Part shown: piece by piece, positions 27,401 through 36,044 of the stretch
Layout: the number at the start of each line of letters is the position of its first letter
Position numbering within the stretch: the first letter of the stretch is position 1
Virus record (IMG/VR): IMGVR_UViG_3300049140_000186
Location: 9,783-73,782 of that record
Origin: a virus
Taxonomy: Duplodnaviria; Caudoviricetes
Length of the DNA stretch: 64,000 nt
Reading direction: 5' to 3' (one strand)
Translations under genes and position numbers: made by a program
Notes under the pieces: model-generated
Databases searched by the model: none
What the model was told of the DNA's origin: nothing
Seen by the model: the letters and a program-made list of their open reading frames with translations, nothing else

Positions 27401-28251
27401 GCCGATTTCCTCCGGCGCATTTCCAAGACCTTGACGGCTTTGTCGAAGTCAGCCGCTGGCAAGTCGGGCACGGACTCGATCTTCGCCCACTGGCAGAAGT
27501 TCGGAGTTGGGGTGGCCGTTTCCTCGCACAGTCGGAGGACGGTCTTGACTTGGTCATCGCTGATCGGGCCGCCATCGATCGACTCCGCCAACTTGCCATC
27601 GTCATCGTGCGCGACCGCGAGCCCCAAGGCGGCCTTCAACGTGTAGCGCTGCAAATAGGTTATCGTTGACCCGATTTGCTGGATCGAGTTCTTGTTGCCG
27701 GATCCATCGCGGCCGGCGGCAAGCGTCGTCTCCTCGTAGTGGCCGTCACGGTGCGCAAGGACGCAAGTCACGCGGACAGGCTGATCGGGTTCCGCCAGCG
27801 TTCGATAACGGTAGGACAGTCCATTCTTGGCGAGGACCGGGCCGACCTGGCGCTCGATCTGCGCGAGGTCTTCGAACTTGTAGTTCGTATCGGATTTGCC
27901 CCCTTTCCCTTCAAACGCCACTCGGCGGTTGGTCAGGATCGGCGCGAACTCTGATTTGGCCGCAGCCATCGCCGCATCGAACGCCTTGCGCGCTTGGTTG
28001 GCTTCCTCCCGGTCGCGTAGGTCCATCATCATTTTGAGGGTTTCGGGATTGACGCCCATTTCCAGCGCGCGGCCGACCATCTCCATCGGAGTCATGGGCG
28101 AACGGTTGGCTGCGGGCGCAACGGCCGTTTCCCGTCGTTCGACCATCGCTTGGCCGGCCTTCTGCACGACCTCTGCGTTGACCTGGCCTATGCTCTGGAT
28201 GCCGTCGACGTCATTGTCGAGGATGTCGATCTGTGCGTTGTGCGTGTTCAT
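27397..28251 (-). CDS. erf: ERF-family single-strand annealing protein
   Basis: YKFEDL...L.KNGLSY...QQIGSTITYLQRYTLKAALGLA...DDDG. Confidence 0.88.
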   Translation of the reverse strand: MNTHNAQIDILDNDVDGIQSIGQVNAEVVQKAGQAMVERRETAVAPAANRSPMTPMEMVGRALEMGVNPETLKMMMDLRDREEANQARKAFDAAMAAAKSEFAPILTNRRVAFEGKGGKSDTNYKFEDLAQIERQVGPVLAKNGLSYRYRTLAEPDQPVRVTCVLAHRDGHYEETTLAAGRDGSGNKNSIQQIGSTITYLQRYTLKAALGLAVAHDDDGKLAESIDGGPISDDQVKTVLRLCEETATPTPNFCQWAKIESVPDLPAADFDKAVKVLEMRRRKSA

Positions 28252-28442
28252 GCTGCTCTCCTGGTAGCGAGGTTCTGTTCCATCTCGCGAAGCAACCTGC
28301 GCAGCTCGTGCGACAGTTCGGATGCGAGCATGATTTCCAAGGCGGCGCGTTGATCCTCACGGGTCGGGCGCCAGAGTTCGCGGGTCGGCGCTTCAAGCGC
28401 GGCGACGGCATTGGCGATGTAGGTGGCTTCGCAGGCGCTCAT
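28248..28442 (-). CDS. Hypothetical protein
   Basis: Start moved to ATG 28442; ends RRAA like neighbouring genes. Confidence 0.45.
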   Translation of the reverse strand: MSACEATYIANAVAALEAPTRELWRPTREDQRAALEIMLASELSHELRRLLREMEQNLATRRAA

Positions 28443-28555
28443 CGCGGCATGTCCAGTGCGGCTACCACCAGCCAGCCGGCGCATATGAGCGCGCATGTCA
28501 GGCGGGGATGGCGGGTGAGCCAGACGCATCCGGAGGTGAGGGCGGCGTCCATCGC

Positions 28556-28966
28556 TCAATCCCCGCTGTCGACGGTCATATCGAGACCGCACTTGGAGCA
28601 ATGGCCGGGATGCCAGCCGCGCCGCGACTGCTCTGCCGTCCCTGTGCCGTTGAACTCGTGCTTGCAGATGGCGAAGCGCATGACGCGCGGTGCCGGCGTG
28701 GGATACGAGGAGCCGTAGCGGACGGCATAACCTTGGCCGTTCAGCCCGCCGCCTTGGCCGCCGGACAGGTAGAACTGCGTCCACTGTTTGCGACCGTCGA
28801 TGCTGGAATATCCCCATTTCGGCGTCCAGCCGTGCCCAACCGAAGCAAGGTCATTCAGGAAGCGAAGCGGGTCGATGTCCTCAATGTTCGGGAGCGGAAC
28901 CTTGCCCTCGACGATCGGCTTCAAATCGTCATCGAACGAATAGCCTTTGCGCTTGTCGGTCATCAC
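28556..28966 (-). CDS. Hypothetical protein
   Basis: 136 aa in early-left operon; C-terminal CKH...CSKC. Confidence 0.6.
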   Translation of the reverse strand: MMTDKRKGYSFDDDLKPIVEGKVPLPNIEDIDPLRFLNDLASVGHGWTPKWGYSSIDGRKQWTQFYLSGGQGGGLNGQGYAVRYGSSYPTPAPRVMRFAICKHEFNGTGTAEQSRRGWHPGHCSKCGLDMTVDSGD

Positions 28967-29151
28967 GAGCGTTCCATCTCTTCGAGTTCCTTGATCGCCC
29001 GCACGGCGATGAAATGAGCGTTCTCAAGACTGCCCTTGGTGCTGGCTATTCCCATGCGGGAATCCAGTTTCCAGTGCTCGATCCAAGCCTTGAGCATGAT
29101 CACGTCTTGGCGGACGCGGGCGGCGGAGAGGGCGGTTTCGGTTGCCATCAC
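28963..29151 (-). CDS. Hypothetical protein
   Basis: 62 aa, coupled overlaps. Confidence 0.5.
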   Translation of the reverse strand: MMATETALSAARVRQDVIMLKAWIEHWKLDSRMGIASTKGSLENAHFIAVRAIKELEEMERS

Positions 29152-29471
29152 GCGCGCCAGTCAAATGAAGAAAGCGCGTAGGCCATCCCGATCTGGTCCA
29201 TGCGCTGCTCGCACTCTGAAATCGCGCGGACCTGTTCGAGGTAGAGCGACAGGCGCCACGGCAGCAGCTTCTCGCAACGCTCGACATGGGCCCGGTTGTG
29301 GACCAGAACGCCGCACGCAAGCAGCTTGTCCCGCTCGTCGATCGTTCTCCGGTACTGCTTCACGAACCGGATGCTCTCGACGACTTCTTGGGAGTTGATC
29401 CGCCATGCATCGGCAAGGATCGGATCGAATGTCGAAGCCGTTGCTGTGTTGATATTGGGGGTGGCGTTCAT
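29148..29471 (-). CDS. First gene of early-left operon
   Basis: Start moved to ATG 29471 with RBS GAGGGA. Confidence 0.6.
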   Translation of the reverse strand: MNATPNINTATASTFDPILADAWRINSQEVVESIRFVKQYRRTIDERDKLLACGVLVHNRAHVERCEKLLPWRLSLYLEQVRAISECEQRMDQIGMAYALSSFDWRA

Positions 29472-29541
29472 GGTTCCCTCATTGCCTTGGTGGCGGTGCC
29501 CGGCAGATCGGCGGAGCTTCTTCGTGCCGGGGTATGAGAGG

Positions 29542-29613
29542 AACGTACGTAATGTACGATAGATAGTCAAGTACGTTTTGTACGATTTTTGTTGCGATCA
29601 GGAATTTGTACGA
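29542..29613 (-). promoter_or_regulatory. PL/OL: leftward promoter with repressor operators
   Basis: TTGACT-N17-TACGTT on minus strand; operators ACGTAC-N5-GTACGA (29543-29559), AAGTAC-N5-GTACGA (29569-29585), weak third (29597-29613). Confidence 0.65.
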
Positions 29614-30124
29614 TTATGTCTGTCGCCGTTGCGATCGCGCTGGCCACTGGCTCGCCGTGCAAGGATTCGCGATGTGGGGGGTTAGATTATCCTACGCCAC
29701 GCACGGGAACTGAGGATCGACAAGCGGTAACATTGTCGTGGCATCGTGTCCCATCCCGGCTCCAGCCGTCAGGACGTGCCAAGGCTCCCAGCTTCCTAGG
29801 GCTCACGCTCGAGGGGGTTTGGGGGTTCTTGGCCGGAACCCTCCCTCACCATCCATCAGAACGAAAGAGCTTACTGGAGGTTAAGCCTTCAAGAGAGTTG
29901 TGAACGTAAACACGCAGGCTCACCGGACGTTTCGATCGGCAACTCCCCTGCCGATCGCGTGCTCCAACAGCAGCGCCACTATCCCTCAATAGAAAGCAAG
30001 GCGTGGGCTGCCCGCCTGGCCCGACGTTGCGAACCGGGCGACCTGGCTCAGTCGCCTTCGTCCGAAATTATCTTCGGAACTTCGGCCTGCCGCCGCGCTT
30101 ATAGTCTCCCGAAGGAGACGCGGC

Positions 30125-30424
30125 ATGAGCGCTACCAAAGAGTTCTTCGAGACATGGCTACAGGAGAACGTCGGCAACCTTCCCGCCAAAGGTGAGGTGA
30201 GCGTTGCCGTCCTGGCTCAGCAATTTGAGCAAGATGCCGAAGCCGCCGGCTATGGTCACGCGGTACGGGAAGACGAGATCGGCAACATCGAGGGCGCCAT
30301 AGAGAAGGCGCTGAATCGAGCTAGGACTGGGGAAGAGGCGCAAGTTGCCGTCCCGGCCGAAGATAGTGATCTGGCGCCCGTCATGGAGGCGCTAGAGGTC
30401 GAGGACGCGAAGAGCGGGCCGTAG
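30125..30424 (+). CDS. DUF768-like rhizobial small protein
   Basis: EFFETWLQENV...LAQQFEQDAEAAGY; RBS AAGGAGA. Confidence 0.55.
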   Translation: MSATKEFFETWLQENVGNLPAKGEVSVAVLAQQFEQDAEAAGYGHAVREDEIGNIEGAIEKALNRARTGEEAQVAVPAEDSDLAPVMEALEVEDAKSGP

Positions 30425-30437
30425 TCGTTGCTTGAGC

Positions 30438-30671
30438 CTAGCCATTTTTGCGGGCTCGCCGTGGTTGCCCCTTCGTCAAGAGATCAACAGCCTGGGTCAG
30501 TAGGTTTACGGCTTTCTGCCTATCGTCATCGCTCAGATCGAACGACCCCGCTAGCCTGGCCGAAATCTCCGCATTGATGCTGCGCTCGTTCTCGGCGGCA
30601 GCGACCTTGAGCCGCTTCATGAGATCCGGCTGCAAACGTACATGAAAACTGGAAGCATCAGGCTGTGGCAT
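30438..30671 (-). CDS. Arc-family ribbon-helix-helix regulator
   Basis: FHVRLQPDLMKRLKVAAAENERSINAEISARL; start moved to ATG 30671. Confidence 0.85.
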   Translation of the reverse strand: MPQPDASSFHVRLQPDLMKRLKVAAAENERSINAEISARLAGSFDLSDDDRQKAVNLLTQAVDLLTKGQPRRARKNG

Positions 30672-30837
30672 GCCCGAGTTATGGCCGAAAGGTTCAGCCG
30701 TCGAAATGGTCCCACTGAGTGGTACATATATCCCACAGCTAGTGCCAATATCCCACCTTAACAGGTAACGGCAAATTCGTACTTGATCGCCCGTCCCAAA
30801 TTGGAACACTGCAATCGGCAGTGGAAAAAAGAATATC

Positions 30838-31149
30838 GTGCGGTTGACTCACCGACAAGGAAAATGTTCCTATTCAGTAGCACGAAGGCGACAGGGGTTT
30901 TTTGGTTTGGGCAAAGAGTGTGCAGAAAGTTCAGGTGCCGGCGTCAGCAGGCGATCGGTTGTTGCAGGGCTGTTCGCTGGCGCCGTGATCATCCCGGCGG
31001 TCGCGGAATCGGCCGTCGACCCATACGAGAGGGTCAGGCTGGATGCCGAAGCCTTAGCGGCCTCGATGAAGGCGCTGCATGGTGGGGAATGGAGCGTCAG
31101 GGCAAACCATGATCGCTGTTACGTCGCCGTCTCGCGCGACTTCTCGTAG
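30838..31149 (+). CDS. Hypothetical protein divergent from Arc gene
   Basis: 103 aa; SRRSVVAG twin-arginine-like stretch; start uncertain. Confidence 0.35.
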   Translation: MRLTHRQGKCSYSVARRRQGFFGLGKECAESSGAGVSRRSVVAGLFAGAVIIPAVAESAVDPYERVRLDAEALAASMKALHGGEWSVRANHDRCYVAVSRDFS

Positions 31150-31478
31150 CGGTCCATTTCGAATTCGGCGAAGTCGATAATGCGCTCCTGAATCTCCGCT
31201 GGTTTACCAGCCGCTCTCGCCAGGACATCACGTAAGCGGTCGAGAGGTGTCTTGGGAGAATCCTCGCTCTCTTCGCCAAAGAGCAGCCAGCCGGCGCGAA
31301 CGCCGAAAAGTCTGGCGTACTGTTCCGCGGCCTTTTTGGAAATCGGCCGGTTGCCATTCTCATGGCTCGTCAGCGTGTGCTGATTGATCTCGCGGATAGC
31401 GCGCGCTGCTTCGGCCGGGCTCTTGAAGCCGGCATCCGCGCGCGCCTTCTGCAGGCGATGTTTGGGCTCTTCCTTCAT
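31119..31478 (-). CDS. CI-like XRE repressor without S24 peptidase domain
   Basis: HRLQKARADAGF...TLTSHENGNR...FGVRAGWLLFGE; divergent from cro-like gene; start moved to ATG 31478. Confidence 0.8.
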   Translation of the reverse strand: MKEEPKHRLQKARADAGFKSPAEAARAIREINQHTLTSHENGNRPISKKAAEQYARLFGVRAGWLLFGEESEDSPKTPLDRLRDVLARAAGKPAEIQERIIDFAEFEMDRYEKSRETAT

Positions 31479-31554
31479 TCGTACAAGATGACCGATTTTT
31501 ATCGTCCAAGGTGTACGATTTTGCCTTGACGTGCCGTCGTACGTATTGTACGAA
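31479..31554 (+). promoter_or_regulatory. OR/PR: three 17-bp operators and rightward promoter
   Basis: TCGTAC-N5-GACCGA (31479), TCGTCC-N5-GTACGA (31502), TCGTAC-N5-GTACGA (31537); TTGACG-N17-TACGAA. Confidence 0.7.
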
Positions 31555-31563
31555 ACTGCGCTT

Positions 31564-31800
31564 ATGAGCGAACCATCATCCATTTCCGACCTCATTTCCA
31601 ATTGGCGGACCATTGCCGAGTTCGCCTCCGACGTCGGTTGCGGCTACGAGGCCGCCCGCAAGATGCGTGACCGCGAAAGCATCGCGCCGGAACATTGGGC
31701 CAAGGTCATCAGCGTCAGCGACGCCAGGGGCATCGAAGGCGTGACATACGAGTGGCTTGCCCGTCGCCGTACAACTCCAGCCGCAGGTGAGGCGGCATGA
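31564..31800 (+). CDS. Cro-like regulator
   Basis: ISNWRTIAEFASDVGCGYEAARKMRDRESIAPEHW; first early-right gene. Confidence 0.75.
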   Translation: MSEPSSISDLISNWRTIAEFASDVGCGYEAARKMRDRESIAPEHWAKVISVSDARGIEGVTYEWLARRRTTPAAGEAA

Positions 31801-31844
31801 TGGCTATCACCTTCACCGCGCCGCCGGAGGAAGGAGCGATTTGA

Positions 31845-32690
31845 ATGCGCTGGCTTCCGCAGGTCTATTTCATCCAGGACAATGCCGGCCTCGTTAAGAT
31901 TGGCTATTCGGCCAATCCGTTGGCCCGGCTCGGCAATCTGCAAAGCGCACACGCGACAGAACTTCGGATCATCCGCGTGATCGACGGGGGAGAGCGCACC
32001 GAAAGGTGGCTGCATCGCCGGTTCGACGATCAGTGGGTGCGCGGAGAATGGTTCAATTTCCACCCCGACATGATGTCGGTGATCCCTCCGGACGAGTTGC
32101 CAGTACGCGGTCAGGTAAAGCCTAAGCTCCGGCTGACCTTGGGCGAATTCCTGAAAATGCAGGATCAGTTCGGGGCGCTTGCCGGCCATGATCGCCTTTT
32201 GGCGCTGACGCTCGTTCAATCGTTCTGGGAAGATGACGTGGCGGCGTTCATCGCGTGGGTGCGAGATCGCGTACAGGCTCCACCCGAAGCCGACCCGCTT
32301 CAATCCACATGGGATGCCGCCGGCGAAGCCGAGCGCGAAGCATTCATGGCGCGGAACAATCTCACGAGATCGGACGGCGGCGCATTCGCTGCAGTGACGG
32401 TGAAGGACCAACGGGCGAACGCCGCTGGCGTTGAACCGTTGCCGTCCGAAGCCAATCCCCCATCGTCCAAGGCTAACTCCTCCCGGCCGAAGGCGATGCC
32501 TGCTCGCGAGGCCGAAACTCCTCCCTCGGTCTCGCGGGCTATCCCATCCAGCGCGTTGAGCAAGGCTGGTCAGATCCGATTGCTCCGCCCGAACTGCCGT
32601 CATGCCGATGACCTCGAGAAATGCGCGGGCTCCGCCCGGAGGCATTGCCGTAGCTGCGAAGTTGCGAGCGCGGAAGGCGAGGCGGCATGA
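31845..32690 (+). CDS. GIY-YIG (T5orf172-like) nuclease domain protein with low-complexity C-terminus
   Basis: VYFIQ...VKIGYS..P..RL..LQ...E..LH..F...RGEWF. Confidence 0.8.
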   Translation: MRWLPQVYFIQDNAGLVKIGYSANPLARLGNLQSAHATELRIIRVIDGGERTERWLHRRFDDQWVRGEWFNFHPDMMSVIPPDELPVRGQVKPKLRLTLGEFLKMQDQFGALAGHDRLLALTLVQSFWEDDVAAFIAWVRDRVQAPPEADPLQSTWDAAGEAEREAFMARNNLTRSDGGAFAAVTVKDQRANAAGVEPLPSEANPPSSKANSSRPKAMPAREAETPPSVSRAIPSSALSKAGQIRLLRPNCRHADDLEKCAGSARRHCRSCEVASAEGEAA

Positions 32691-32875
32691 AACAGGGACA
32701 GCGCCTCAACCTGAAATTCTCGGTAGCCGACAACGACCGCATCATCTCGATGCACAAGGCCGGCTATGCCGTTCCCGACATTCGTGTGGACTTCGCCGGC
32801 GCCTCTGAAATCGAGGTCGACCGCATCATCCGCGAATTCGGTCTTGTCCCCCGCTACAGGAGGGCAAGCGCATGA
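32687..32875 (+). CDS. Hypothetical small protein
   Basis: 62 aa, ATGA coupling. Confidence 0.5.
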   Translation: MKQGQRLNLKFSVADNDRIISMHKAGYAVPDIRVDFAGASEIEVDRIIREFGLVPRYRRASA

Positions 32876-33075
32876 CCTGGGCCGCTCTCTCCGAACTCGG
32901 CTGGACGCTACTGCCGGCCTCCACTGGCGTTGCCGGCTATCTGCTCGGTGGGGCCGCAGCGGCGTATCGCGTCGACAAGCGTCAAGCCGCGCACCGTGAT
33001 CTTTCGGCTCAGCTTCGCCGCCCGGTCGACCTCTACCCGAGTGACGTTTCCGGGTTTTGGGAGGCGCGGCGCTGA
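32872..33075 (+). CDS. Hypothetical small protein
   Basis: 67 aa, ATGA coupling. Confidence 0.45.
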   Translation: MTWAALSELGWTLLPASTGVAGYLLGGAAAAYRVDKRQAAHRDLSAQLRRPVDLYPSDVSGFWEARR

Positions 33076-33280
33076 TGCGAACAGATCGTCGTCATTTGCC
33101 GGCCGATCAAACCGATATTCAAGTTGACGGACCCCGTTTTGCTTCCCGGCTGACCGGAGCCCGTCAATCACCTGAGACCGCATCGTTCACTTCCTTCATC
33201 CCAGCTTTCGACTTTGTGCCGGGCGTACCCGGTTTAGTCGCTGCCTCTGACACGCACAGGTGTAGCGAAGGAAAAATGTC

Positions 33281-33679
33281 ATGCGTGACAAGTGTTCTGA
33301 CAGGGACAGCAAAATGTTTGTAGCGAGTATTGATGACCCGGTTTGGCTTGGCGGCGAAGCCAAGCGAATGGCGACGGAGCTCCTCGAGAAAGAGAAGCGG
33401 CCGATCGGCGATACTATCGAAGCGGCAGCCTATCGGCTCCAGACCCGGCACCGGGTCGCCGTCGCCCCGATCATTCTCCAGTGCTGGAACCGGCCGCCAC
33501 GCGAGATGAAGGTCTCGCGCTGGATGACTGTCTTCTACGTCCACTGGAAGGAGTTCGGCACCAAGGCGGACCAAGCCTACGAGGAAAAGAGGAAAACAAC
33601 GAATGCCCATCCGGCGCTTGTTCGGCTTGCTGATTTTGTGGCTGGCCGAACTCTTCACCAAGAGGAAACCCAGCAATGA
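33281..33679 (+). CDS. Hypothetical protein (CII-like position)
   Basis: 132 aa in early-right operon. Confidence 0.55.
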   Translation: MRDKCSDRDSKMFVASIDDPVWLGGEAKRMATELLEKEKRPIGDTIEAAAYRLQTRHRVAVAPIILQCWNRPPREMKVSRWMTVFYVHWKEFGTKADQAYEEKRKTTNAHPALVRLADFVAGRTLHQEETQQ

Positions 33680-34326
33680 CTGAAACGTCCTACGACCCAT
33701 ACAATCCGCTCGTCCCAGAAAAGGCGGCGAAGAAGAAATCCAGCAGTTCGAAGGTTGTCCCGATCAAGCCCGGACCAGCGGACGATGCGGTCGCCGCGGT
33801 CAATCTCGCGAAATTCCAACGGGCAGCCGAAACGCTGGCGTCGGCAAACGGCGTCTATCGAAACGTCGTCAAGCATGTCGAGGCCAAGGGCATCCACATG
33901 AAGGCGGCGAAGCGAGCCGTCGCCATCGCCAAGTCAGACGACCGCGCCGAGATCGTCGAGGAGTTGAAGCGGCTCACCGAATATCTCGCCATTCTCGGCG
34001 TGCCGTTTACTCGCGAGCAGCTTGATCTTTTCCGCGTCGAGGAGCCGCGCACGCCAGGCACCGACAAGGCAACGGCACAGGGCCGCTATGCCGGCATCAT
34101 GGGCCACGGCAAGGAGGACAATCCCTACGCGATCGACAGCGAGCAGGGCCAAGCCTGGATGGCCGCATGGCACGCCGGCGGCGAAGAGCGCGACCTGATC
34201 TTGGCGCTCGAACCTGCGGAAGGCTCGGAACTGATCAAGGTGACGACGATCCTTTCGAAGAAGCCGCCGAATAGCGGCCAGCGTGCGCGTAGGCCGGCCG
34301 GGAGCCTGTCCCGGCAATCAATTTGA
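33676..34326 (+). CDS. Phage protein with RMF-like C-terminal motif; probable frameshift near 34240
   Basis: AQGRYAG..G....NPY......QAWMAAWHAG; alternative frame ends GDDDPFEEAAE* at 34274. Confidence 0.6.
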   Translation: MTETSYDPYNPLVPEKAAKKKSSSSKVVPIKPGPADDAVAAVNLAKFQRAAETLASANGVYRNVVKHVEAKGIHMKAAKRAVAIAKSDDRAEIVEELKRLTEYLAILGVPFTREQLDLFRVEEPRTPGTDKATAQGRYAGIMGHGKEDNPYAIDSEQGQAWMAAWHAGGEERDLILALEPAEGSELIKVTTILSKKPPNSGQRARRPAGSLSRQSI

Positions 34327-34343
34327 TCTTTGGGGGACCGGGC

Positions 34344-34809
34344 ATGAAAATCTCAAGCATCCTACTTTGGCCGTTCGGCGGAGAACCGTCGATCTCGGGT
34401 GAACTCTCCGGCGCTCAGCGAACGGTTGGAGGCATTCGCCTTCGCCGCCGAGACCGGCATTCTTGATGAAGCGCGGTCATCCGTCGGTGACGCTCTCGAC
34501 AACCTTCGCGGCCTACGAGAGCGCATCCTGGCAACCATCGAACATCACAAGTCCAGAGTGGCGAAGCACGAAGGCGAGCGTTCCGAGTGCGACCGTTCTA
34601 TCGCGGCATTTGAACTGGCGGCTGCCAAGCTCAAAGACACCGACAATCCCCGGCTGGAGCTCGCCCCGAAGGCCAAGGCGGAGCCGGTGCGCGAGGCGGC
34701 GACCTATTCGGGCCCGGGAGAGGTGCCGAAGCCCGCGGACGCGCCGCCAGTCGAGGATGATCCTGCCTTCGACGAGATCGAGGACGAAGAATTGGACGAG
34801 GTCGCCTGA
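34344..34809 (+). CDS. Hypothetical coiled-coil protein; probable +1 frameshift near 34367
   Basis: ATG 34344 with RBS GGGGGA joins the 34399 frame if one T of CTACTTTGG is removed. Confidence 0.5.
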
Positions 34810-35072
34810 TCATCATGCGCCTCATCCTCGGCAAGAAGGGCGGCCTGCTGCGCCGCTCGGGCGAAGGCCCGTCTCGCGTCTTCCGCAGAAATGTCTCCCC
34901 GGAGCGCACGTTGCAAAGCGGTGATTGTCATCTCGTGGATATGGCCAGAGCGCTCCGGCCATTTGTCGTTCGCAAGGCATTTCAGCGCCTCCCAAACAGT
35001 GTGGACCAGGCGAGTTTTGCCGGCCTTGCCGAAGCTGATGCGAACCGGACGATCAAAGCGGATCTGTTTCAT
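34704..35072 (-). CDS. DUF982-family protein (copy 4)
   Basis: FDRPVRI...VHTVWEALKCL...WP...ARRAFARAAQQA. Confidence 0.8.
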   Translation of the reverse strand: MKQIRFDRPVRISFGKAGKTRLVHTVWEALKCLANDKWPERSGHIHEMTITALQRALRGDISAEDARRAFARAAQQAALLAEDEAHDDQATSSNSSSSISSKAGSSSTGGASAGFGTSPGPE

Positions 35073-35129
35073 GGCTTAGTCGAACGTCGGTCGCGTCCCA
35101 ATGTTCCGCACATGAAACCGATCACACCG

Positions 35130-35381
35130 TCAGGCCTCTTCCAGCAGCACGCCGGCCTCGCGGGCGGCCTTGACGAATTCCGCCCAGGCATTGTCGCAGG
35201 TACCCAGGCCGTTGGACGCCTCAATGCAAGCCATACGAGCCCGAAGGTTGACTCGACCCTTGTTCGGCCAACGGGGATCCCGCAGCAATTTCGCGGCCTC
35301 CTCCACAGTGGCGACGCTGATTATCAGTCCGATTTTGCCAAATCGGATAGGCACTGGCGAAGGGAAAAGCTTCATTTTCAT
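35130..35381 (-). CDS. DUF982-family protein (copy 3)
   Basis: FPSPVPI...VATVEEAAKLL...WP...AWAEFVKAAREAGVL. Confidence 0.85.
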   Translation of the reverse strand: MKMKLFPSPVPIRFGKIGLIISVATVEEAAKLLRDPRWPNKGRVNLRARMACIEASNGLGTCDNAWAEFVKAAREAGVLLEEA

Positions 35382-35402
35382 GAGCCGTTGAACTCCAGAC
35401 TT

Positions 35403-35672
35403 TCAAGGCAGTTCCCGTATATCCATGGCGATCAAGACGCGGGCTTCCTCCGCCGCGTCCCTGAAAGCAAGCCGCGCCTCGTCGGGCGTGGCTTCACCCC
35501 GCAAGGCTTCGATCAGCTTCACTGCGGCGCGCTCGCACGCCGGTCCATGCACCGGCCAATCATCGGACATCAGGATTTCTGCGGCCTCCTGAATGGAGGT
35601 GACATTCCGGATGACGCGTCCATGCAGGACTTTCACAGGCGGCCGGAACCAAGTTCTGCGGGGACGGGGCAT
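35403..35672 (-). CDS. DUF982-family protein (copy 2)
   Basis: WFRPPVKV...VTSIQEAAEILM..DWP...ARLAFRDAAEEARVL. Confidence 0.85.
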   Translation of the reverse strand: MPRPRRTWFRPPVKVLHGRVIRNVTSIQEAAEILMSDDWPVHGPACERAAVKLIEALRGEATPDEARLAFRDAAEEARVLIAMDIRELP

Positions 35673-35742
35673 GCATAAGCTCACATTGGACCCATCAACC
35701 ACATTCGGCTGGTGTCTGTTTCTGGGCCGCCGAATGACAAGA

Positions 35743-36006
35743 TCAGGTGAATTTCAGGATGCCGGCTTCACGAGCGGCTTCAACGAAAGCGGAATGGGCG
35801 TCGAGCAACGGCCGCTGCCCTTCCAGAATTTTGAGGCATGTTTCGGTGGCGTCCCGGTGGCGCGGACCGCGGCGCGGCCAGCGGACGTCCAGCAAGGCTT
35901 GGGCTGCGCTTCTAGCGCTGGCGACCGAGCGGGCTACTCCGAGTTCGATTTCGACTGCCTCTGCAAATCTCTTGTCGGGCACTTGCACCTTCCTTTGTTG
36001 GGCCAA
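35743..36006 (-). CDS. DUF982-family protein (copy 1)
   Basis: FAEAVEI...VASARSAAQALL..RWP...AHSAFVEAAREAGIL. Confidence 0.85.
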   Translation of the reverse strand: MAQQRKVQVPDKRFAEAVEIELGVARSVASARSAAQALLDVRWPRRGPRHRDATETCLKILEGQRPLLDAHSAFVEAAREAGILKFT

Positions 36007-36044
36007 CTGAACATCTCGACGGACCCAAAGTTCCGGAGGGGCCT

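Noticed and set aside
31644-32645. 333-aa minus-strand ORF
   Set aside because: Overlaps the cro and GIY-YIG genes, which have recognisable motifs; shadow.
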